35,687 nt of DNA from Candidatus Falkowbacteria bacterium (GTDB lineage: Bacteria; Patescibacteriota; Patescibacteriia; Patescibacteriales; UBA12075), in the NCBI GenBank assembly GCA_030600505.1, contig JAUVLY010000001.1:1-35687 (forward strand), given 5' to 3'. A program made the position numbers and the translations under genes. Under the pieces are notes generated by a model. The model searched no databases, was not told the origin of the DNA, and was given only the letters and a program-made list of their open reading frames with translations. Positions 5,993 through 15,449 of this stretch are shown here, piece after piece (position 1 is the first letter of the stretch; every line of letters starts with the position of its first letter).

Positions 5993-8512
5993 ATGAATAT
6001 GTCTTATCTAGCATATTTATTTTTTTTGGTGTTAATTGCCAGCGTATATTTATTTATTAAAGCCAGTGCTTCCAAATTAAATAAGCTTGTTTTTAGCATA
6101 TTAATATTTGTTTTGTATATTTATATTTTATTATACTTAATCGCGGATTATTTTACTGACAATGGTTTTGATAGCGCCGTCATATATCATCTTAAATATG
6201 GCTTAAGCGGAGCCGGCTTTGGTGAATACTGGAAGCTAATTTTGGCTTCTATTTTTTATATTTTATTTGGCCTGGCAGCAGCGTATTGGATATATTCAAA
6301 AAAAATTAAAACTAGATCTAAGGGGATTATTTTTGTTTACGCCGCGTATCTACTGATAATAATGGCTTTTTTATCTAACCCCCTGACAATTGATTTATAT
6401 AATTATTACCAGACCCTGCATCCGCCAGACAACATGGCTGATTTTAATGAATTTTATAAGCAGCCAAAATTGCAGCATATTGCCGATAGTAAAAATTTAG
6501 TGCTTATCTATGCCGAGGGTTTGGAGCGGACGTACTTTGACGAGGCAATTTTCCCCGGCTTAATAAAGGAGTTACGGGAACTAGAGGGCAAAAGTACATA
6601 TTTTACCAACATCAAAACTTTGGAGGGTTTTAAATCAACCATGGGCGGGGTGGTAGCCAGCCATTGTGGTATTTCCTTGTCTAGCCCGGGTGGTTTCAAT
6701 AATGTAACAGGCATGAAAGAATTTCTTCCCTCAGCCACTTGCCTGGGTGATTTACTCAAACAAGAAGATTATTATTTAACTTATTTTGGCGGCGCGGATT
6801 TAACTTTCGCCGGAAAAGGAAAATTTTACTCAACTCATAAATTCGACGAGATCTATGGTTCAAACGAACTAATGCCCAGGCTGGAAAATAGCCGTTATCA
6901 TAATCCTTGGGGGCTATATGACGATTCATTATTTGAAATTGCATATCAACGCTTTATTGAATTGTCAGCCACCGAAGAAAAGCATGCCCTTTTTCTGTTA
7001 ACCTTTGATACTCACCATCCGACCGGACACCCCTCCGGAAGCTGCCGGCAAATTAAATATAATGATGGCTCTAATCCAATTCTAAACGCGGTCGCCTGTT
7101 CAGATTATTTAATTTCCAAATTCGTTAACCAAATTTTAGCCTCTCCCTACGGCTCCGAAACTGTAGTAGTCGTAGTATCGGATCATTTAGCGATGAGAAA
7201 TACGGCCACCGAGCTTCTGCACCAAGGGGACAGAAAGAATCTTTTTATGATCATTTCACCCGGCGCAAGCGATGCCATGAAAATAGAAAACTTAGGTTCA
7301 GCCCTTGATATAGGAGCTACTATACTGCCTTTTATGGGTTATAGATCTTCTATTGGCCTGGGCCGGGATTTAATGGATGCTGGCCAAACAACATCAGAGG
7401 TTAATCTGATACATGTTAACCTGCCCTATTGGAATCAGCCAATATCCCAGTTTTGGGATTTTCCGATTATTCAGCAATCTGTAGAAATAGATATTATAAA
7501 TAACGCAATGAGCATTGACGGTAGGCCATTTCCCATTCCGGCTTTGGTACAGTTTGATGATGAGCTTCAAACATCTATAAAGTTTGGCAGTAGTGAGGAT
7601 TTATTTGACAACGCTTTATCAATAGATAAAAATACTTTTTTTCTTTTAATCGATAAATTTAAAGGCTCTGATTATTATCTAATAATTGGTAAAGGGGATA
7701 GGCAGCTCAAAAAAGATAAAATTGAAAGCAATATAAAACTGACGGTTGATGATATTATAAATATTATCGGAATTGCGCAGGGAGCGCCTCTTCCGGCAAC
7801 TAAATCAACATTTCAAGTCCATCGGGTCGCCCATGCCGGCGGAGGAATTGATGGCCGGACTTATACCAACAGTATTGACGCGCTGGATTATAATTTAAAA
7901 AATGGCTTTTCGTATTTTGAGATAGATTTTTCTTTTACTAGCGACGGACATTTAGCGTGTCTTCATGATTGGCAAGAAAACTTTGAAAAAATATTTGGAT
8001 TTGAAACAAAAAATAGCTTATCATTAGAATCGTTTAAATCCCTTGTCAATAATTCCGGGCTAAAAAACTGTACCCTTGATAGTTTGGTAGACTGGATGCA
8101 GAAGAATCCATCTTCATTCATAGTTACAGACGTTAAGGATGACAATATAAGGGCTTTGCAAATTATGGCTGAAATTGTGCCTGATTACGCTAGTAGAATA
8201 ATTCCTCAAATATATTATCCTCAAAATTATGACAAGGTTAGGGGCATGGGTTACGAGCAAATTATTTGGACTCTTTATCGTTATAATGCGACCAATAGCC
8301 ACGTCTTGTGGTGGGCTGATACTTTTAGCGGTCCATTTGCCATTACTATGCCCAGAGAACGGCTTGAAAAATTTTTAGTAAATAGCCTTAGAAAGAAACA
8401 AATACCGTTTTATGTGCATACGGTAAATACGGTTGAGGAAGAGCATGATATTATAGATGTTTACGGAGCATCAGAGATCTATACAGACTATTTACATCCC
8501 AAGTCCTATTGA
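5993..8512 (+). CDS. opgB: Phosphoglycerol transferase (OpgB/MdoB-like, LTA synthase/sulfatase fold) fused to a C-terminal glycerophosphodiester phosphodiesterase-like domain
   Basis: N-terminal TM helices; NLVLIYAEGLERTYFD, TMGGVVASHCG, TFDTHHP and VSDHLAM as in MdoB; C-terminal VAHAGG..YTNS..FEIDF..TSDGHLACLHD as in GDPD. Confidence 0.82.
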   Translation: MNMSYLAYLFFLVLIASVYLFIKASASKLNKLVFSILIFVLYIYILLYLIADYFTDNGFDSAVIYHLKYGLSGAGFGEYWKLILASIFYILFGLAAAYWIYSKKIKTRSKGIIFVYAAYLLIIMAFLSNPLTIDLYNYYQTLHPPDNMADFNEFYKQPKLQHIADSKNLVLIYAEGLERTYFDEAIFPGLIKELRELEGKSTYFTNIKTLEGFKSTMGGVVASHCGISLSSPGGFNNVTGMKEFLPSATCLGDLLKQEDYYLTYFGGADLTFAGKGKFYSTHKFDEIYGSNELMPRLENSRYHNPWGLYDDSLFEIAYQRFIELSATEEKHALFLLTFDTHHPTGHPSGSCRQIKYNDGSNPILNAVACSDYLISKFVNQILASPYGSETVVVVVSDHLAMRNTATELLHQGDRKNLFMIISPGASDAMKIENLGSALDIGATILPFMGYRSSIGLGRDLMDAGQTTSEVNLIHVNLPYWNQPISQFWDFPIIQQSVEIDIINNAMSIDGRPFPIPALVQFDDELQTSIKFGSSEDLFDNALSIDKNTFFLLIDKFKGSDYYLIIGKGDRQLKKDKIESNIKLTVDDIINIIGIAQGAPLPATKSTFQVHRVAHAGGGIDGRTYTNSIDALDYNLKNGFSYFEIDFSFTSDGHLACLHDWQENFEKIFGFETKNSLSLESFKSLVNNSGLKNCTLDSLVDWMQKNPSSFIVTDVKDDNIRALQIMAEIVPDYASRIIPQIYYPQNYDKVRGMGYEQIIWTLYRYNATNSHVLWWADTFSGPFAITMPRERLEKFLVNSLRKKQIPFYVHTVNTVEEEHDIIDVYGASEIYTDYLHPKSY

Positions 8513-8536
8513 GGCGGATAGACAAGTTTTTTATAT

Positions 8537-8561
8537 AGTCCCGGGCACTCGGGATTTTTTT
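8537..8561 (+). terminator. Intrinsic terminator
   Basis: AGTCCCGGG-CA-CTCGGGATT followed by a T run. Confidence 0.55.
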
Positions 8562-8700
8562 ATTTATTTGTTAATGGTTTTTTATATATGTCTGTGGTTT
8601 ATTGGCATTTTATTGATAATTTTTGACTTGACAGAAAAGGGCAAAAATGCTATTTTATTTACTTGTTCATATTAAAAAATCAAAAAAAAGGAGAGGAAAA

Positions 8701-9006
8701 ATGATTAGTCCGAAAAACTTTCGTATTAAGATGGAAGTAAAAAAATTTTCCATACCGGTACCAAAAAATGCAAAGGCAGCGGGTTATATTCACATTAGCC
8801 ATTATCACCCGTTTTTACAGGTCCTAGCTGATTTTGACCAACCAGCAACCGAGACAATAGACCTTCTTCTGCTTACTGAAGAAGAACCGGCCATTAAAGC
8901 CGAGTTAGTTATCGAAGGAAAAAATGAGTTAATTGGCTATGGAAGTGATGATCTAAAATTCATAGGTTATCATAATGGATATCATATCCTGAAAATACTA
9001 AAGTAG
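8701..9006 (+). CDS. Hypothetical protein
   Basis: ATG at 8701 after SD GGAGAGG; promoter TTGACA-17-TATTTT at 8628-8656; terminator hairpin at ~9020-9057. Confidence 0.65.
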   Translation: MISPKNFRIKMEVKKFSIPVPKNAKAAGYIHISHYHPFLQVLADFDQPATETIDLLLLTEEEPAIKAELVIEGKNELIGYGSDDLKFIGYHNGYHILKILK

Positions 9007-9214
9007 CTTTTTTCGATTTAGCCGCATGTTTCTATCATAGATCATGCGGTTTTTTTTATTTTTTTCAGACATAATTATTTGCCGCTACTTTGGTATTTAA
9101 GCTTTTATTTTTTGCTAATAATCAATAAGAAGGCTTGACTAAAGTTAATAAATAATATATTTTTATATTATATTTTGATCTTAAACAATATAAAGAAAAT
9201 GAAGGGAGGGAAAT

Positions 9215-10180
9215 ATGAAGAAACAACAATTAGCCGTGCCACCAGTTGCTCTCAGGCACGAAAAAGCGGTTAGAGAGATGTATAATATTTTAAGCTCGGT
9301 GCTTAAAGAGTGTGGCATAAACGAGTTAACCGAGGGCCGTTACCAGGGAAATCCGGCGCGAAGCTATGCTGTGGCCCAAGAACTGCAACAAGAATATTTA
9401 CTTAGGCTGGCCAGGCTTAAAACCGGGGACGAAATGCTTGACATCGGTTGCGGACATGGCCTTCTCTTGCAAGAGGCGAAAAGACAAGGCATTAGTGGCA
9501 AAGGAATTACTCTTTCGCAAAAGCAACTGGAAGATCATCAAGATCTTGATACCTGTCTGCTTAACTGGCGGAAAATTCCGGAAAAAATGCCTGGCTGGAA
9601 AAACCAGTTTGATGGAGTGTGTGCGATTGGTTCTTTGGAGCATTTTGTTTCTCCCCAGGAAGCGGCCGGGGGTATTAAAAACGATGTATATCTTGCCTTC
9701 TTTGAAGTTTGCCGCTGGCTACTTAAACCGGGCGGAAGATTAGTGGTTACCGCAATCCATTATTTGCCCAACATGATCCTTCGGCCAAAAATGGCGCGTA
9801 ACCAGTTCTTTGAACCTTGGCGGTGGTGTACTCCAGATTTTCATCTTGGTTCTGTGGCTTGGTTAGGAGGCGCTTATTACCCGACAGTGGGAGAGCTTGT
9901 TTCTATAGCCAAGCGGTGTGGTTTTCTACTTAACCGTGAAGAAGACGGAACTAAAGATTATTATCTGACCAGCGAAGTGTGGATAAAAAAAATAAGAAGC
10001 GCTTTGCTAAGATTGAAATTTTCAAAGGAAATTTTTAGTGGGTTTAAAAGTTACCCGCTTCATACAATTTATGGGTTTTTATGCATCGTTTTGTTCCAGT
10101 CCTGGAACTGGCAATTTCGTGATCAAAAAGGTCAGGGTCCGCCAACCCAGCTTATGCGCTACGTTTGGGAGCGTAAGTAA
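9215..10180 (+). CDS. SAM-dependent methyltransferase, cyclopropane-fatty-acyl-phospholipid synthase-like
   Basis: AQ..LDIGCGHG, GITLSQKQ, FDGVCAIGSLEHF, LLKPGGRLVV and DYYLT..W follow the CFA/CMAS layout; SD GGGAGGG. Confidence 0.75.
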   Translation: MKKQQLAVPPVALRHEKAVREMYNILSSVLKECGINELTEGRYQGNPARSYAVAQELQQEYLLRLARLKTGDEMLDIGCGHGLLLQEAKRQGISGKGITLSQKQLEDHQDLDTCLLNWRKIPEKMPGWKNQFDGVCAIGSLEHFVSPQEAAGGIKNDVYLAFFEVCRWLLKPGGRLVVTAIHYLPNMILRPKMARNQFFEPWRWCTPDFHLGSVAWLGGAYYPTVGELVSIAKRCGFLLNREEDGTKDYYLTSEVWIKKIRSALLRLKFSKEIFSGFKSYPLHTIYGFLCIVLFQSWNWQFRDQKGQGPPTQLMRYVWERK

Positions 10181-10304
10181 ATTTTTTAGAGACATGTTAT
10201 TATGTCTCATCCTCACCCTAGCTAAGGCAAGCGGGTGGGGATTTTTTTATACCTTTTTTTAGTATAATTCTTGTAGTATAATGAGACTGTAGAATAATAT
10301 AGGT

Positions 10305-10961
10305 ATGAAAAACATTAAAGACAATGAGCCTTTGAGCAGCTTGACTCATTTATTTGGATTTATGCTCTCTATTGCCGGTCTGGTGCTAATGATAGTTATG
10401 GCCGTTAAATACAGTACTGCCTGGCATATAGTTTCGTTTTCTATTTTTGGAGCGAGCTTAATTTTGCTTTATTTGGCCAGCACGGTTTATCACTTTGTGC
10501 CCAAGTCCAATAAACATAAAAATACATTCCGAAGAATAGATTTGTCTTTCATATTTGTTCTGATTGCCGGCACCTATACTCCAATTGTCCTGGTCCCCTT
10601 AAGAGGAGCCTGGGGCTGGACAATTTTTGGGATTGTCTGGGGAATAGCCCTTGTTGGAGTAATTACCCAAATTTTCAAAATTAAGCTTAAGGCTTGGTCA
10701 ATGATCATCCTCTATATTTCTATGGGTTGGATTGTAATAATCGCTTTGCCGGCATTACTCGATTCATTATCTAGGGCAAGCTTTGCCTGGTTGCTCTCTG
10801 GCGGTATATTATATACGCTTGGGGTTATATTTTTGGTTTTAGACAAGGTACTGCCTCGTCATCGCTGGTTTGGTATGCACGAGATTTTCCATGTTTTCGT
10901 TTTAGCCGGAAGCTTTAGTCATTTTTGGTTAATGTATAAATATATCGTATATATCAACTAG
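10305..10961 (+). CDS. Hemolysin III / PAQR family membrane protein
   Basis: E..SSLTH, ASTVYH, RRID..FIFVLIAGTYTP and HEIFHVFVLAG motifs; 7 TM segments. Confidence 0.93.
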   Translation: MKNIKDNEPLSSLTHLFGFMLSIAGLVLMIVMAVKYSTAWHIVSFSIFGASLILLYLASTVYHFVPKSNKHKNTFRRIDLSFIFVLIAGTYTPIVLVPLRGAWGWTIFGIVWGIALVGVITQIFKIKLKAWSMIILYISMGWIVIIALPALLDSLSRASFAWLLSGGILYTLGVIFLVLDKVLPRHRWFGMHEIFHVFVLAGSFSHFWLMYKYIVYIN

Positions 10962-11108
10962 AGAAGAAAAATACTTGATTTTATGTTGGGGTTTTTGTTT
11001 TAATTTATTCTGGTCTTAGTTTACGAAATAGACAAGTTAATTATTATATGCTATAAAATAATTATAATAAAAATAGATAGCCCATTCTAAAATTAAAGGA
11101 GGTTTGAT

Positions 11109-11408
11109 ATGGCCGCATTGATAATATCATTTGTTATTGGGGTTATTGGAGTTTTTCTTATCATCTATGCCTTTAGGCAGCTAGCCAAAATAAAAGTTTT
11201 CTATAAAGAAAGAAATTGGCGTTGGAGATTAATTCGTGTGATCCGTTTTGTTGTCAGTTTGGCAGTAGGTAGTATTTTTGTATTATTCTATATATTTATT
11301 CATACTGTCAAAGGAATTGACATGGAAATGATGTTGTTCTTATTTATTACGTCATTTCCGCTTGGCTTTTGTTGGGTAGCCATAGCTAACAAGGATGATT
11401 ATTGTTGA
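11109..11408 (+). CDS. Hypothetical 3-TM membrane protein
   Basis: SD AAGGAGG; three hydrophobic segments; downstream hairpin and T run at ~11432-11466. Confidence 0.7.
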   Translation: MAALIISFVIGVIGVFLIIYAFRQLAKIKVFYKERNWRWRLIRVIRFVVSLAVGSIFVLFYIFIHTVKGIDMEMMLFLFITSFPLGFCWVAIANKDDYC

Positions 11409-11598
11409 ATTAATAAGGTATATGCATTTGCAAGCCCTTCAGGGAACTGAGGGGCTTATTTTTTTTATTTATAAAATAAAACAGGCCAGTAGTGGTCTGT
11501 TTTTGGGAGAGCGAGCGTTTTTGTCCGGTCAAACACAAAAAAAATGCGTTGGGGTGATGTCCACCTCAACGCATTTGTGTCCTTAATGCAGGATGTGC

Positions 11599-11883
11599 TT
11601 ATGAAATAAGTCTCTTTAAATGTTGCCCCATACCTTGGCCCAAACCGGCGCATGTATTAATTCCGCAATCAACCACGATCTGAAAGATGATTTTGTCTTC
11701 AGCCGGATCGGGGTTGTGCTCTTCGTCTGAGTAAGACACATGCATATGATCCATCCCTAATTCAACGATATTGTCGGGTTTATCAATATCGCTATTTCCC
11801 GGCTGATAAATATAAGCCCGGGTGCCGAAAAATAAAATTTTACTCTTCTCAATTAGACGCTGAAATTCAAGGTCTTCTGCCAT
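11599..11883 (-). CDS. Hypothetical protein
   Basis: SD-like AAGGAAGG; upstream TTGACT-17-TAAAGT; downstream long hairpin (~11542-11577) followed by a T run on the minus strand. Confidence 0.6.
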   Translation of the reverse strand: MAEDLEFQRLIEKSKILFFGTRAYIYQPGNSDIDKPDNIVELGMDHMHVSYSDEEHNPDPAEDKIIFQIVVDCGINTCAGLGQGMGQHLKRLIS

Positions 11884-12228
11884 GGCAATACCTTCCTTTG
11901 TTTAATGGTTAAAAGAACAAATTCCTTGCCAATACTAAGATATTATAATTCTCAATACTTTAAACTATTTTAAGATGTAAGTCAATGAATATTAGCTGAT
12001 AAAAACAATAAAACAGCCTTGAGTTCAGTTCTTGGGGCTGTTTTTTTGTATTTAAACAATCGGGTCATTTGCAGCAAATGGACCGATTATTTTATGATTG
12101 GCTTATAACCAGTCAAGAGTTATAAATATTGTGGGTGCTTGACAAATTTGCCAAAATGTGATATTTATAAGATAGATTTAAAATAATAATAACAGAAAAA
12201 TAAAACTGAAAAAATAGTGGAGGGCAAA

Positions 12229-12501
12229 ATGTCAAAAAAAATTAAAAAGATAAAGAAGCAAAAAGCACAGCAGGCAAGGCTATTAAAAATTAAGAAAGAT
12301 CCTCAGGAAGAGAAGATAATAAAAATTAAGGAAACACAGGAATTGGGCAGTTGTATAGACCCGGAAATTGACAAAGCGGCTACCGCTATAGCGAATAAAG
12401 CTGTAGCGGGAGAGGGTATAGGAATTGACCACGCGGATTATCATAAAATTCATTTTAAGGCTTACGCCGATTACGTGTGTAGCTTACCACCAGCCCCTTA
12501 A
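12229..12501 (+). CDS. Hypothetical protein with Lys-rich N-terminus
   Basis: ATG at 12229 after GGAGGG; terminator TCGTCCTGGAT..ATCCAGGACGA plus T run at ~12522-12558. Confidence 0.6.
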   Translation: MSKKIKKIKKQKAQQARLLKIKKDPQEEKIIKIKETQELGSCIDPEIDKAATAIANKAVAGEGIGIDHADYHKIHFKAYADYVCSLPPAP

Positions 12502-12669
12502 AAAAAATCAATTTATAACTCTCGTCCTGGATAAAGAGAATCCAGGACGATTTTTTTTGAAAAAAGACAGCTAAGGGATTTAATCCGAAGCTGTCTTTTA
12601 AATTAAATATAAAATAAGCTAATATTTATAAAAAACTGCTAGTTTAAGCAGTTTTTTTGTTTTGTGCCA

Positions 12670-12698
12670 TTGACAAAATATTGATAATATGTTATTAT
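12670..12698 (+). promoter_or_regulatory. Sigma70-type promoter of the LysM-RlpA gene
   Basis: TTGACA-17-TATTAT with extended TG. Confidence 0.65.
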
Positions 12699-12734
12699 GT
12701 TCAATTATTATAAAAAGTAAATATAATAAATATT

Positions 12735-13376
12735 ATGCTAAAAATAAATAAAAGATTGATTCAAGTCAGCCTTGTTACAGTATTTGGCGTAAGCTTAGTA
12801 TTGTTACTTGGCCAATTGGCTGCAATTAAAGTAATTGAATCTAAAAACAAGCAAAATCTTGTAGCTTCTGTTGCAACAGACGAGATTATGCCCAGAGAGA
12901 TTATTTACACAGTCCAGAAAGGTGATTCAGTTTTTCGAATCGCGCAAAAATATAAGGTTCATCGCTACCAGCTTAGAGCGTGGAATAATATAGATATTAG
13001 TAACTATATTTATCCCGGCCAGCATTTAATAATCAAGCAAGTTGATTATGAGCCAATGGAAGGCCTGGCCAGTTGGTATGGCCCGAATTTTCATGGACGA
13101 AATATGGCCAATGGGGAAGTATATGATATGCACGCTATTGTCGTGGCTCATCGTACTCTGCCTTTGGGACAGAAAGTTTTAATTACAAACCTGGAAAACG
13201 GACGCTCAATCGTCGCTCCGGTATTGGACCGCGGCCCTTATGTTAAGGATAGTCAGGGTAATTATACCCGCGAGATTGACCTTTCTTACGCGGTAGCGCA
13301 AAAGTTAGGGACAATTAAAAAAGGCGTGGTTTCCGCTCGGATTGAGCCGATAAATGAGCCTTTACCGCAGGATTAA
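12735..13376 (+). CDS. rlpA: LysM domain + RlpA-family (DPBB) lytic transglycosylase
   Basis: YTVQKGDS..IAQKY..WN..IYPGQHL (LysM); GLASWYG..FHGR.MANGE, AHRTLPLG, DRGPY and IDLS (RlpA); N-terminal membrane anchor. Confidence 0.9.
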   Translation: MLKINKRLIQVSLVTVFGVSLVLLLGQLAAIKVIESKNKQNLVASVATDEIMPREIIYTVQKGDSVFRIAQKYKVHRYQLRAWNNIDISNYIYPGQHLIIKQVDYEPMEGLASWYGPNFHGRNMANGEVYDMHAIVVAHRTLPLGQKVLITNLENGRSIVAPVLDRGPYVKDSQGNYTREIDLSYAVAQKLGTIKKGVVSARIEPINEPLPQD

Positions 13377-13429
13377 TGTTGTTTTTGCTAGCGCAAAAAG
13401 CCGCAACCGCGAATGCGGCACATGCGAAT
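13376..13429 (+). repeat. Two-hairpin structured element, copy 1
   Basis: ATGT-tg-TTTTTGC(TAGC)GCAAAAA-GCCGCA(ACCGCGAA)TGCGGC-ACAT-GCGAAT. Confidence 0.85.
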
Positions 13430-13571
13430 TTAAAATTATATTTTACTAAAATTATTGATTATATATATAAAAAATTGCAGATTTAATCTGCAATTTTTTT
13501 ATTGACTTGTGTCAGCTATTTTGCTAGGATGGGGGAATTAATGTAAACACAAATAATTGGGGAGGAAAATA

Positions 13572-13835
13572 ATGAAAATAGAAACTCAGATGGCGACCAT
13601 GGAAGGAAAACCGGGTGAACAAGAGGAAGCGCTATTGGCAAAATGGGACATAAAAAATGAACCAAGAAAAAGAATTGCTTGGAAAGCTAAAGTGATAGAG
13701 AGTATAGTCCATTTGCTGATTGAGCACGCTAGCCCAAAAGACTATATAAAAATAAACAAGGCAAAAGATAAAAAAAATAGGGGGGAAGCGAGCCGCAATA
13801 TAATTGCGAGAATCAGGGAGAGAGTCCAAAAATAA
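13572..13835 (+). CDS. Hypothetical protein
   Basis: ATG at 13572 after GGGAGG; promoter TTGACT-17-TAGGAT at 13502-13530. Confidence 0.65.
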   Translation: MKIETQMATMEGKPGEQEEALLAKWDIKNEPRKRIAWKAKVIESIVHLLIEHASPKDYIKINKAKDKKNRGEASRNIIARIRERVQK

Positions 13836-13979
13836 AAGCGGTCTTTTAAAAAAATTGTTTATCATTTTAGAGCATCGTAGAGCTAAGCACTTTACGATGT
13901 TTTTGTTTACTTTTTTAATATTTGACTTGTCTTAGTTATTTAGATAGGATAAGATAATTAATATAAAAATAAATTTAAA

Positions 13980-14012
13980 CCCGCCTACGCATAAAGCTAC
14001 GGCGAGGCAAGC
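13980..14012 (+). repeat. CCTACGCTAAAGCTACG-type short repeat, intergenic copy
   Basis: CCCGCCTACGCATAAAGCTACGGCGAGGCAAGC aligns with 31770-31800 inside tatD. Confidence 0.7.
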
Positions 14013-14039
14013 AAAAATAAAACAAAAAGGAGGCAGAGT

Positions 14040-14561
14040 ATGCCGCAATATGCACTGAAATTACAAGGAAGTAATTGGGAAGAACTTGAAAAAAAATTGT
14101 CATTCAAGGGGTCAATAAAAAAGCTCTTTGAGAAAGCTAAAGTCAAATTTACCAAATGGGAGGCTGAAAAAATCTTTTTCACTGATCCGGGAAATAAAGT
14201 TGGTAAAACAATAACTATGACAGGTTTTGTTTTCATGGACCCGGAAAAAGTTGGCAACTGGCAACCCATATGTTATGTTCATTTAAAAAATATGCGACCA
14301 AAGACAACAGAAAAGATAACCATCATGCCGTGTGGTAAAGTAATGAATTCGACTGATTTACCTGGGGGCAGGAAAATTAAAGCCGGGGAAAAATTTGATA
14401 TTATTGAGGCAATAAGAATTAAAAACGATTATGGTTCTGGTCCTTTTCTTTTGCTGGGGATTGAATATAAAAAAAAGCGATATAGACAAAATTTTAAATT
14501 TTTTCGTTTTGTAGATTATAACGGAAAAGAAAAGTATATTAACAAAGAGTATTGTTTTTAA
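14040..14561 (+). CDS. Hypothetical protein
   Basis: SD AGGAGG; promoter at 13922-13950; terminator GGCCTTCT..AGAAGGCC plus T run at ~14600-14629. Confidence 0.7.
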   Translation: MPQYALKLQGSNWEELEKKLSFKGSIKKLFEKAKVKFTKWEAEKIFFTDPGNKVGKTITMTGFVFMDPEKVGNWQPICYVHLKNMRPKTTEKITIMPCGKVMNSTDLPGGRKIKAGEKFDIIEAIRIKNDYGSGPFLLLGIEYKKKRYRQNFKFFRFVDYNGKEKYINKEYCF

Positions 14562-14704
14562 TTGAGTTGATAAATATTGAAAAGTTATAAATAGTACATG
14601 GCCTTCTGAGTAAAGAAGGCCGTTTTTTTATTTGCTTTTTTTAATTTGACTATTTAGCTAATTTTAAGTAAAATTTAAATATTAGTCATAAATTTTAAAT
14701 TTAT

Positions 14705-15445
14705 ATGTCAATTTTACTTTGGATAATATTGGCGACTGTAGCCATGAGCGCGGTTTCTTTGGTCGGGGCGCTGGCCCTGGTATTAAAGGAGAATATCTTA
14801 AAAAGAATAATTAAGCCTTTGGTGGCTTTTTCTGCCGGTTCGCTACTCGGTGGCGCCTTCCTCCACCTCTTACCCGAAGCGCTGGAAGAATCCGGTGAGA
14901 TTAACAAGATATTTATAATTTTGCTTACCGGCTTTGCCGTCTTTTTCCTGCTTGAGCAATTTATCCATTGGCATCACTGCCATCGCATGCCCTCGGAGCA
15001 TAAGCATCCGGTAACATATTTAATATTAATTTCCGATGGGGTGCATAATTTTCTTGACGGGCTGGCCATCGGCGCCGCTTTTGTTATTGATGTTCGCTTG
15101 GGTATGGCCACGACTCTGGCCATTGCCATGCACGAGATCCCACAGGAGTTGGGGGATTTTGGCATTTTGATCCACGGCGGTTGGAAAAAAGCCAAAGCGC
15201 TTTTGTTTAATTTTTTCTCCGGTTTGACCGCGGTCGCGGGCGGAATTATTGCTTGGCTATTGGCCGGAAACATTGAAATTGTGTATTTACTGCCGTTTGC
15301 GGCCGGTAATTTTATCTATATTGCCGCCTCAGACCTGATCCCGGAAATTAAACACCACGACTTTGCCAGCCGCAACGTTTTACATTTCCTGGCTTTTGTT
15401 CTTGGAATTGGGTTTATGTATTTGATTTTGTTTATTGAAATCTAA
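14705..15445 (+). CDS. ZIP family metal transporter
   Basis: FSAGSLLGGAFLHLLPEA, His-rich loop HWHHCH, DGVHNFLDG, HEIPQELGDF and ASDLIPE; promoter TTGACT-17-TAAAAT at 14646-14674. Confidence 0.95.
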   Translation: MSILLWIILATVAMSAVSLVGALALVLKENILKRIIKPLVAFSAGSLLGGAFLHLLPEALEESGEINKIFIILLTGFAVFFLLEQFIHWHHCHRMPSEHKHPVTYLILISDGVHNFLDGLAIGAAFVIDVRLGMATTLAIAMHEIPQELGDFGILIHGGWKKAKALLFNFFSGLTAVAGGIIAWLLAGNIEIVYLLPFAAGNFIYIAASDLIPEIKHHDFASRNVLHFLAFVLGIGFMYLILFIEI

Positions 15446-15449
15446 AATT

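Noticed and set aside
13376..13429. Structured element as a known riboswitch or ribozyme (c-di-GMP, hammerhead, HDV-like) or an integron attC
   Set aside because: I found no matching conserved core or RYYYAAC/GTTRRRY ends, and its position relative to genes is inconsistent. A loop-loop pairing works in only two copies.
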